A DNA stretch of 64,000 bases from Nageia nagi. Taxonomy: Eukaryota > Plantae > Pinophyta. A program made the translations under genes and the position numbers. Under the pieces are notes generated by a model that worked only from the letters and a program-made list of their open reading frames with translations, did not search any database and was not told where the DNA came from. The stretch lies in assembly GCA_050084985.1 (NCBI GenBank), contig JBITNC010000001.1, forward strand, positions 60,698,001 through 60,762,000, written 5' to 3'. Position 1 is the first letter of the stretch. The number at the start of each line of letters is the position of its first letter. This document shows positions 26,131 to 36,409 of the stretch, one piece after another.

Positions 26131-28051
26131 TAAAAAATTACAAGTTGATCAAGTTGTTAACTAAATCAAGTAACTATTCAAATTGTTTGATAAACACCAA
26201 AGTAACTTAGCATATTAAATTGAACCAATTTGTGAAACAAATTAACCAAATTGTTCATTGTTGTAATTATAAGGCTTATATAACTTTGTGCAACTAAAAT
26301 AATTGTAAATTATAATTTGAACTATTAGTTGCATTGCAATTTGTAGTTTGTAAGTTAATAACTTGTAGTTTGAAAGTTAGTAACTTATTTGTATATTGTA
26401 TTAGTATCTTGTAATTGCACTTATAAACTTAGTTGTAGGTTAATATAATCTACAATTATTGGTTAGTGCACTTTACCTTAAGTTTTGAGCATAATATAAA
26501 TTGTATTGAATGAGTCATGTTTATGGCCATCAAACTCATTTGCTTGAGCTATGTGATGATTATGAGAAGTATAATAGTATGGTTTATTTGTTATGCAATT
26601 ACTGACTATTTCTTTGACTTGAATTCTTCTTCCCTCTTGTTTTCCTTCTTCCAAAGTTGATCATTCCTTTTCTCAATCACCTTTATTCTCGTAATAGGAT
26701 GGTTTATTTTCCTATGCTTAGAAGACATTATGAGATGATCCTATTTGTAATTATGAAGATAAGGTTTAGAACAACTTTATCAAAAATTAATACCTTTCTT
26801 AAAAGAAAATATTTGTCATCAAGTTGATAAACATATCTAAATCCCATAAGCTTAGTTATGATGACATCATAAGAGGTTGTATTTACCATTTTGCAAAAAA
26901 AAATAATATTAAACTTTTTAATTTTGCAAAAAAATGGTTTGTAATATATTTGATAATTTTTGGCATAGTTAAATATTACAAAAAAATAAAGGTATGCCTT
27001 CAAACTTTGTTAATTTATTAAAACTTTATCTAAATGTATCAACTATTGCAAGGTAAATTTGGTTTTAAAATTTGTAATAATTTGTAAAATTCATATAAAA
27101 CATTGTTGCATTGATAAAAAATATTTGCTTTGCAAAGTAATTTTTAAACTATGTTAAAAAAATTATAAACTTCAAAAAATAATAGGACTTATGCACCATA
27201 CTTCATAAATGTGCATTATCCATATGCATCATACCTCATAAATAGTTTGAAGTGAGCACTCAGTAATATTTTATGAAATACCCATAACACATTATGATAA
27301 TCCATTCCACTACAATGTGGGTTTTAGCCACATGAATTTTTAATAAATGATGAAAGGACATGGTTAAACTTATCATGGGTTCAAATAATGTCCATATCAA
27401 TCCAATTAAACATATTAAAAAATTCTTATTTGTAGACAACTCAGCTACGCTGTAACGGATGTCCACACCTTACTCTCGAGCTCCCATAGTAGCACTCGCT
27501 GGAAGAATACTGGCAGAGGTTGCAGAGTCTAACTTTACACTCAACAATTGCATCTACTTGAAAGTCTCATGAGCCTTTTCAGAAAACCGATTATGCCAAT
27601 ATCCTTAGATTTATGCCATCCATGTAACGGTAGCTGCATCACATATTTTGTAAAGTAGTACATGGGCTTTCTATCTGTAATAGAACTCACAACTAACACA
27701 TTCAATTTGAAACCATTTTTTGCCACTCTTTGATGAATGTTTGCTGGGTGCCACACTTTGGAAAAAAAGCTGGCAAAAGTTACAGTTTTTCACTTCTTCT
27801 TTCTGAAAAGATTTGTATCTCCATTGTTGGCTATGTGAAGCTTCATGTTTGAAGCTCTTTGATTGTAATCTTGCTCCATTGTAAGTTCAGTTAATGCAAT
27901 CTATTATCTTATGTTCCAATATTGTGTAATTATCTAAATTATTCATTTGGTATCAGAGCAAGTTGGGTCTGAGCTGGGTTTGAGAAAGCCTGTGGCTTCT
28001 AGCAATTACAAAAGTTGCTTGTAGTGTTTTGGTTTCTTGTTTGCAAGTATA

Positions 28052-28680
28052 ATGGCCAGGAACACAAGCTCATCCATTCCATTCCAGAGTTTGATGGCAG
28101 TGACTATGGATATTAGAGCATCAAGATACAAACTTTGCTCACTGGAAAAGATTTGTGGGATGTTGTTGATGATGGCTATGTAGAGCCAGCAGATTGGAGC
28201 TCTCTTTCAGTAGATGATAAGAAAGCTATGAAGGAATGTAGGAGCAAGAAATCTCTTGCCTTGTCTCATCTCCAAGTAGATCTTGATAGGAGCATTTTTC
28301 CAAGAATTACAGGCTACAAGATAGCCAAAGAGGCTTGGGCTGTGTTGAAGGCAGGATTCCAAGGGAGTGATCAAGTGAAGGAGGTAAAATTGCAGACTCT
28401 AAGGATAGAATTTGAGAATTTAAAAATGAAGGAGAGTGAAAAAGCTTTAGATTATTGTGTTAGAGTGAAAGAGATTGTGAACAAAATGCTAACTCTTGGA
28501 GAGACCTTGGAGAAGGCCATTGTAATCAAAAAAATTCCGATATCTCTTACCAAGAAGTGGCATCACATTGCTGTGATATTGATGGAGACAAAAGACCTCT
28601 CTCAAATGGAGATAGATTCTCTCATTAGCTGCCTTATGTCTCATGAAGAAATGGTTGATGATGAACCAGTCCAATCTAGT
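28052..28680 (+). pseudogene. Copia C unit 1 gag N-terminus, fused by deletion to the integrase C-terminus
   Basis: ORF 28135-28707 (GKDLWDVVDDG...KLQTLRIEFENLKMKESE), with an upstream TGG>TAG stop. Confidence 0.9.
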
Positions 28681-30956
28681 AAAGATAGCAAACTACATCT
28701 TGAATAGGTGTTCCACTAGTGCGGTTGATGGCAAGACCCCCTATGAGGCTTGGTATGATAAGAAGCCTACTGTCCAGCATTTTAGAGTTTTTGGGTGTTT
28801 GGCATATGCTCATGTGCCAAAGGAGCATAGAAAAAAGTTGGATGCAAAGAGTGAACCATGTGTGTTCATTGGATATAGTGATGAGAGTAAAGCATATAGG
28901 CTTTACAACCCAAAACCAAGAAAACACTTGTCTCCCAAGATGTCATTTTTGAGGAGGGGAAAGTGTATGGACAGTAGCAAAAATGCATTGTAGACATTGG
29001 AGGAGGAGTGACCAGCCATGAAGATACTTCACAAGTAAAGAATGTGCAGCCCAAGAGATCAAATTCTCTTCCAAACCTCCAAGTGGTGCCTCCAAGTCCT
29101 CCATCAAGTCCATCTCAAAGCTCAAAATCCACTCCCAGCTCACCTTCAAGTGGTGGCTCTCCAAATGTGATCCAAGAAGTGATGAAGATCAAGAGAGGTA
29201 AAAGACACTTTCAAAACCATCCTCCTTCTCAAGTTTTAGATCAAAATTTCCATCAAAGATTAACAAGAAGTCAATTTCATGAAATGGAGAAGTTTGTTAA
29301 GCAATTTAGCAATATGGAACTTGATGAGGATCCAAAGGGTGAGATGGTGAACTATGCTTTGTGTGCAGCCAAAAATACTAATATTTCTATTTTTGATCCA
29401 TCTTGTTATGAGGAAGCTTGCACCAAAAATGTGTGGGTGAAGGCTATGCAAGAGGAGCTTCACTCCATAAACAAAAAGGAAACTTGGGAACTTTGTGAGT
29501 TGCCCAAAGGAAAGAGGTGTGTGGGCTCCAAGTGGGTCTACAAGACCAAGTACAATAGTGATGGTACCATAGAGAGACACAAAGAAAGATTGGTTGCTAA
29601 AGGCTTCACACAAAAACATGGTGTAGACTTTGAAGAGACTTTTGCACCGGTTGCAAGGCAAGAAATAGTAAGGTTGCTCCTTTCAATGGCTGCCCAAAAC
29701 CATTGGAGTGTTTACCACATGGATGTGAAGAGTGCATTCTTGAATGGTTACTTGGATGAAGAGGTTTTTGTACAGCAGCCTCAAGGTTTTCAAGTGCAAG
29801 GTAAAGAACATCATGTGTACAAGCTCAAGAAGGCCTTGTATGGTCTTAAGCAAGCTCCAAGAGCTTGGTACACTCGCATAGATGGATACTTTCAGAATTT
29901 TGGACTCATGAGGAGCAAGAATGAGCCAACACTCTACATCAAGAGAGAAGGTAATTAGATTTTTCTTGTTCTCTTTATGTTGATGATTTGATATATATGG
30001 GAAGTGATCCCATCTTGAACAACAAATTTAAGACCAATTTGATGAATGAGTTTGAAATGAAGGATTTGGGCCTTATGAGGTACTTTCTTGGCATGGAGGT
30101 CCACCAATGTCAAGAAGAGTTTTTTGTTTGTCAAAGTAAATATGCAAGGGACATGCTTTCTAAGTATGGTATGATGAATTGTACTGCTGTTCACAATCCT
30201 GTAGCACATGGTGAGTTGCTTTGTAAGGATGATGGTGCTCCAAAAGCAAGTGTGATAGAATTTAGAAGCATAGTTGGCAGCCTTATGTTCCTTTGCAACA
30301 CTAGGCCTGATATACAATTTGCTGTCCCTTTGGTATCTAGATACATGAATGATCCTTCTATTTTGCATTTGAAGGCTGTAAAATGCATTTTGAGGTATGT
30401 CAAAGGTACCATTGGTTATGGTCTTCACTACTCTCATGTTGAAAAGTTTAAGCTTGTTGGTTTTAGTGACAGTGATTGGGGTAGCAATTTGGATGATAGG
30501 AAGTCCACTTCTGGGCAATGTTTCTCACTTAGTTTAGGAATGATAACATGGAGTTCTAAGAAGCAATCTACAGTTGCTCTCTCTTCTTGTGAGGCTGAGT
30601 ATATAGCCCTCACCATAGCTAGTGCACAAGCCTTATGGCTAAGGAAACTACTTGATGAAATTGGTGAGAAACAACATGGACCAACAATTATTTACTGTGA
30701 CAACCAAAGTGCCATTCAGTTGGCACACAATCCCATCCACCAAAATATGTCAAAGCACTTCCAACTCAAGTACCACTTCATTCATGACATGGTGGAGAAG
30801 GACCAAATTGAGCTTCACTATTGCAACACCAAGATCAACTTGGCTGATATTTTCACAAAAGGTGTTATCAAAGCTCAATATGTGATGCTCAAAGACTCCA
30901 TGGTGAGTCCTCTTTACATCAAGGGGGAGAATGTAGACAACTCAGCTACATTGTAA
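28680..30956 (+). pseudogene. Copia C unit 1 pol 3' part: integrase C-terminus, RT, RNase H (frameshifted)
   Basis: ORFs 28643-28993, 29008-29958 (KWVYKTK, HMDVKSAFLNG, ALYGLKQAPRAW) and 29988-30956 (FSDSDW, EAEY, CDNQSAI, LADIFTK). Confidence 0.95.
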
Positions 30957-31551
30957 TGGACATCCACACCTTTCTCTTGAGCTCCCATAGCAGCGCTCAT
31001 TGGAAGAATACTGGTAGAGGTTGCAGAGTCTAACTTTACACTCAATAATTGCATCTACTCGAAAGTCTCATGAGCCTTTTTAGAAAACTGATTATGCCAA
31101 TATCCTTAGATTATTTCCGTCCATGTAACGGTAGCTACATCACATATTTTGTAAAATAGTACATGGGCTTTCTATCTATAATAGAACTCACAACTAACAC
31201 ATTCAATTTGAAACCATTTTCCGCCACTCTTTGATGAATGTTCGCTGGGTGCCACACGTTGGAAAAAAGTTGGCAAAAGTTACAGTTTTTCACTTCTTCT
31301 TTCTGAAAAGATTTGTATCTCCATTGTTGGCTATGTGAAGCTTCATGTTTGAAGCTCTTTGATTGTAATCTTGCTCCATTGTAAGTTTAGTTAATGCAAT
31401 CTATTATCTTATGTTCCAATATTGTGTAATTGTCTAAATTATTCATTTGGTATCAGAGCAAGTTGGGTCTGAGCTGGGTTTGAGAAAGCCTGTGGCTTCT
31501 AGCAATTGAAAAAGTTGCTTGTAGTGTTTTGGTTTCTTGTTTGCAGGCATA

Positions 31552-33680
31552 ATGGCTAGCAACACAAGCTCATCCATTCCCATTCCAGAGTTTGATGGTA
31601 GTGACTATGGATATTGGAGCATCAAGATACAAACTTTGCTCACTGGCAAAGATTTGTGGGATGTTGTTGATGATGGCTATGTAGAGCCAGCAGATTGGAG
31701 CTCTCTTTCAGTTGATGATAAGAAAGCTATGAAGGAATTTAGGAGCAATAACTCTCTTGCCTTGTCTCATCTCCAAGCAACTCTTGATAGGAGCATTTTT
31801 CCAAGAATTACAGGCTGCAAGATAGCCAAAGAGGCTTGGGCTATGTTGAAGGTAGGATTCCAAGGGATGTGATCAAGTGAAGGAGGTAAAATTGCAGACT
31901 CTAAGGATAGAATTTGAGAATTTAAAAATGAAGGAGAGTGAAAAAGCTTCAGATTATTGTGTTAGAGTGAAAGAGATTGTGAACAAAATGCTAACTCTTG
32001 GAGAGACCTTGGAGAAGGCCATTGTAATCAAAAAAATTCTGAGATCTCTTACCAAGAAGTGGCATCACATTGCTGTGATATTGATGGAGACAAAAGACTT
32101 CTCTCAAATGGAGATAGATTCTCTCATTGGCTGCCTTATGTCTCATGAAGAAATGGTTAATGATGAACTAGTCCAATCCAGTAAAGAGGAGAAAGCCTTT
32201 GCTGCAAAAGAAGGTGATTCTAGCTCAAATGGACAAGGTAGAGGCAGAGGTAGAGGCCAGCAAAGAGGGAGAGGTAGAGGTAGAGGAAGAGGAGGCTATT
32301 CCAACACAAGAGGAAGAGGTAGAAGCAATGGTGACAAGAGGAATGCTCAATGTTACTACTGCAACAAGTATGGGCATTATGAGAGGGAGTGTAGAGCAAA
32401 ACAAGATGCAAATGGTGATGGAAAAGTGGCAAATTATGGAGAAGAAGAAGAGTATGGTGAAACTCTCTTTCTTTCCATGGAGGAGACAGCCAATATGGCT
32501 GAAACAAAACAAGAGGAGACTTGGTTGTTGGACTCTGGATGTTCAAACCATATGACCGGTAAGGGGGAGCTACTTTCATCCATGGACCATTCCTACAAGT
32601 CAAGTATCAAGCTTGGCAATAATTCTGCAATTGAGGTGGCTGGTAAAGGCATGCTTGAGGTGCCTACCAAGCATGGGATGAAGAAGATGCACAATGTGTA
32701 TCACACTCCGGATATGGCTCATAGTTTGTTGAGTATTGGGAAAATGTTGGAAAATAACTACAAGCTAGTCTTTGATGAGGGTAAGTGTGAAATTTTTGAT
32801 AAGAACCATGGGCATAAGTTAGTTTCTACTATTAAAATGTCTCCAAATCATTTATTCCCATTGAAACTTGGAGAAAAGGGGTATAATATTCTTGCAAATG
32901 TGGCTGTTAAAGATGAGTCTTGGTTATATGGCATCTTAGATTTGGACATGTAAATTTCAGTAGTTTGAAACTATCTCATGAGCTAGTTCATGGTTTACCT
33001 CTTGTTGAAAATCCAAAATCAGTTTGTGAAGGTTGTGTGTTGGGAAAGCAAACAAGGTAGAAATTTGATCATGGGAAAGCATGGAGGGCCTCATTCCCAC
33101 TACAGTTGGTTCATACTAATTTATGTGGACCAATGCAAAACAAAAGTATTGGTATGAGTTCTTATTTTATCACCTTCATTGATGATTTTAGTAGAATGTG
33201 TTGGGTCTATTTTTTGAAGCATAAAGATGAAGCATTTGAGTTTTTTAAAGAATTCAAAGAGATGGTTGAGAATGAATGTGAACATAAGATTAAATGTGTA
33301 AGGAGTGATAGAGGAGGAGAGTATTCTTCTACTATTTTTTCTGAGTTTTGCAAGCAAAATGGCATCAAAAAATAGTTTACTATAGCCTATACTCCTCAAC
33401 AAAATGGTGTGGCAGAGAGGAAGAATAGAACTCTCATGGAGATGGCAAGATGTTTGATGCAACCCAAAAAATTACATTACATGTATTAGGCTGAAGCAGT
33501 AAAGATAGCAAACTACATCTTGAATAGGTGTTCCACTAGTGTGGTTGATGGCAAGACCCCCTATGAGGCTTGGTATGATAAGAAGCCTACTGTCCGGCAT
33601 TTCAGAGTTTTTGGGTGTTTGGCATATGCTCATGTGCCAAAGGAGCATAGAAAAAAGTTGGATGCAAAGATGTGAACCAT
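31552..33680 (+). pseudogene. Copia C unit 2 gag, zinc knuckle, protease and integrase (truncated)
   Basis: ORFs 31537-31872, 31877-32953 (CYYCNKYGHYEREC, WLLDSGCSNHMTG) and 33106-33375 (FIDDFSR, RSDRGGEY). Confidence 0.95.
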
Positions 33681-33872
33681 TTATATCAATTTATGGTGAA
33701 CCATTGATAAACTGAGTTGTCTACATTCTCCCCTTGATGTCCCTTTAGGGTTTGTATGGCCCTTTGGCGTAGCTGAGTTGTCTACATTCTCCCCTTGATG
33801 CAAAGAGGACTCATTGACCCCATGGTGAGTCCTCTTTGCATAGAAAAAAGTTGGATGCAAAGAGTGAACCAT
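33681..33872. other. Patchwork filler DNA at a deletion junction
   Basis: About eight short segments copied from the Copia C PPT/LTR junction (both orientations), from the Copia C integrase and from the right flank, mostly joined by 2-4 nt microhomologies. Confidence 0.9.
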
Positions 33873-33994
33873 TGACCCCATTAAATTTTTTTAATATCCC
33901 CACTTATATCAATTTATGTTGATCTACAATAAAAAAGGAGAAGGATGCATTGAAAAAATAGTAAAGAGGATTCTGTACAACTCTTGTAAAAATT

Positions 33995-34445
33995 TCATCC
34001 CCTTGAGGGTTGGTGGCTTGCATGTCCCTTTAGGGTTTGTATGGCCCCTTTGGCCAACTTGCATGCACCTAGAAGAATTGACCCCCTTCAAGGTGGCTCG
34101 TCCTCCTTTGGATTACATGATATTCTTTAGAATAACTTGATTGCATTTATGGTGGTGATCCCCTTTAGGGAAACTCTCCTATCTTTGAGGTAGTGGCCCT
34201 CTTTAGGGAAGCTCACCCTCCTTTGAGGCAACATCCCCCTTCAAAGGTGGGTCGTAAGCCTTTACAGTGGTGGCTTGCTTCAAGGAGACTCACCTACCTT
34301 TGGGTGGGTGCCCCCTTGTAGGGTGGTCACATCCCCTTTAGGGTACACATACCCCTTAGGCAATACATGGCCCCTTGGGTGGTCTCTATAGTCCCCTTAG
34401 GGCAGCTACTCCCTCTTGGGGTGGGCGACCCCTTTGGGAACCCTA
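33995..34445. repeat. GC-rich cluster of quasi-palindromic CCCTT(T/G)AGGG-type motifs in the leader of element B
   Basis: ccctttaggg at ~34026, 34161 and 34335, plus the variants cccttgaggg, cctctttaggg, cccttgtaggg and ccccttaggg. Confidence 0.65.
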
Positions 34446-34989
34446 CACAATCTACTATTTTTTTTTAAATAATTAAAGATAAAAAATAAATTAAGACATT
34501 ATTTTGTAAAAAAAATATTTTCCCTCTTTTTTGTTATATTTCTATATTAAATACACATTTTTTTAATATTATAACTAAAGAAAATAAATACCCTTTTATG
34601 TAATAAAAAGATTTTTTTCCCTTTTTTAAATTTACAAAATATGGATAATTATCCTTTCAAAATGATAGGATCATTTGCAAATTTTTATAATAGTAAACAT
34701 TTTTGGAGAAAAAATACATGTAAAAAAATTACAAAATGTATAAATATATATATAGATATATTACAAATTTGTACTACTAACATGTGAATAACATAAAATG
34801 TTATATTTTAACACATTACTTTAGCATAAAACATGTTAGTGTAGATCTCAAATTTCAACTTCGAAAATAAGAGATTGAAATGGTATAACCATTGAAGTTT
34901 CCATAAAAATGAAACAAGTTTAGAGGTTAGATATACCTTTAATGACATTTACTAGAAATAAATTATTTAATTTACTTTGTATTAAAGCA

Positions 34990-36400
34990 ATGAGTGCATG
35001 GTAACAAATATTTAAAATTAGGCAAAATTCAACCTTGCCATGAAGGAAATTCATCTAGAATGTAGCCCAATGGTTAAAGTAATGTAGGGAACAAGGATAG
35101 AACAAGACTAGACTCAAAACCTTGTGAGAATGGTAAAGTGTGCTACTTCAGGAGAAACCATTTATATAGGCAACCATAAATAAAATTTTGGAACTAGAAT
35201 TCACTAGGAAATTGGTGAGTATTAATGTCCCTAAAATTATCACTGAAGTAGGCAAAAGTGATTTACAAAATGCCTTAGTCGGTAGGTTTGTAGGAATAAG
35301 GCCCCCAATTGAACTCATTTGAAGCTGGATTTAGGAAAGATGGAGTACCAAAGGGCCCATTTCTCTGATTTTGCTTCCCAATGAATTCTCAATTTTCAAG
35401 TTTCAATTTGAAGAAGATCTATACAAGGTCATAGAATTAGGTCCATGGTTTCTTGGAAAGAAAGGGCTTGTCATCAAGCAATGGGATAAGAGCTTCTTAC
35501 TATAAATAGAAAATTTCAACCTTATACCCACTTGGGTTTCATTTCAGGTTTGCATCCATCTTGCTAGCATTCAAACATTATAGCAAGAGTGGCCAAGGTA
35601 ATTGAAATATTGGTGATAATTGAGAGAGCCACATGATTGAGATAAAAACTCATGGATGCTAGGTTCATTGCAAACATTGACATCACCAAACCCCTACAAA
35701 AAGAAGTCAAAAAAATACTAAAGAAATCAAAGCTTGGATTCAACTGATATTCTATAATAATCTTATGGGATAATGTGGCATATGGAAGAGCTTTGATCAC
35801 TATGCTAAAGACTACCAAAAAAAAGCTAAGGATGATGATAGAAAAAGCCAAACAAATTAGACAATGCAAATAAGATGGTGCTAATGATTGGAAAATGGTG
35901 CAAAAAGGTAAGGGTTGGAAAAGTAGGGTGAACACCAATAGATAAGCAAATAAAAATCCTTGAAAATCTTAGATAAAATCCAAAAGGAAAGAAATACAAC
36001 TTCCAGACCATCTACCGCTAGAAACCCATATGCAATTCTAGGCATATTGGAGGGTATCGATAGGGATAATATTGAATATAACATATACTTGTCTAAGAAA
36101 AAAGTAATGGATATGTAAATCAATAATTAGATAGAAGGGGTGGATGAAGAAGAGGAGATAAGAAGGGTAATCAAAAAAGCTAAAAATGTAGATAGTCAAG
36201 CCATAACCACAATCACACAATAATATAATATAGGAATGGATATACCATCTAGGAACATCTTGAACACCAAGAAAGCACCAAATGTGGGGAAGAACCACCC
36301 AAAAAGACCTTCCTCTAGTTATTTGAGGAATTGATTTACTAAATAAGATATTGATAATGGGAGATAATGCACTCTAGAGCAGAGGGGAGGCCACTTAGCC
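34990..36400 (+). pseudogene. LINE ORF1 relic (DUF4283-like)
   Basis: ALVGRFVGIRPPIELI*SWI*ERW...FKFQFEEDLYKVIELGPWFLGKKGLVIKQW. Confidence 0.8.
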
Positions 36401-36409
36401 TTTGTGACC

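Larger units (their letters stand above)
27431..33872 (+). mobile_element. Young Copia element C (Ivana-like gag) in tandem LTR-internal-LTR-internal form, 3'-truncated
   Basis: LTR1 27431-27945 and LTR2 30932-31445 (TG...CA, about 30 differences by eye). Each is followed by PBS tggtatcagagc (27948 and 31448). PPT aagggggagaa at 30921-30931. Confidence 0.95.

Noticed and set aside
32235-32330. RG-rich segment as a host RNA-binding protein gene
   Set aside because: It is the normal RG-rich linker before the Copia gag zinc knuckle.
28489-33462. Antisense and alternative-frame ORFs overlapping Copia C
   Set aside because: They are shadows of the gag-pol frame with no independent motifs.
32179-33505. 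The 1318 bp deletion in Copia C unit 1 as a spliced-out intron (GT at 32181, AG at 33498-33499)
   Set aside because: Splicing would give ...tcca|taaag, but unit 1 retains the G (tctagtaaag). This fits deletion through the 9 bp direct repeat.
33681-33881. 66 aa minus-strand ORF as a gene
   Set aside because: It is an accidental product of the filler patchwork and reuses the RNase H tail QGENVDNSAT.
33741-34402. Interstitial telomeric array
   Set aside because: The TTTAGGG heptamers are isolated and embedded in palindromes, not in tandem.
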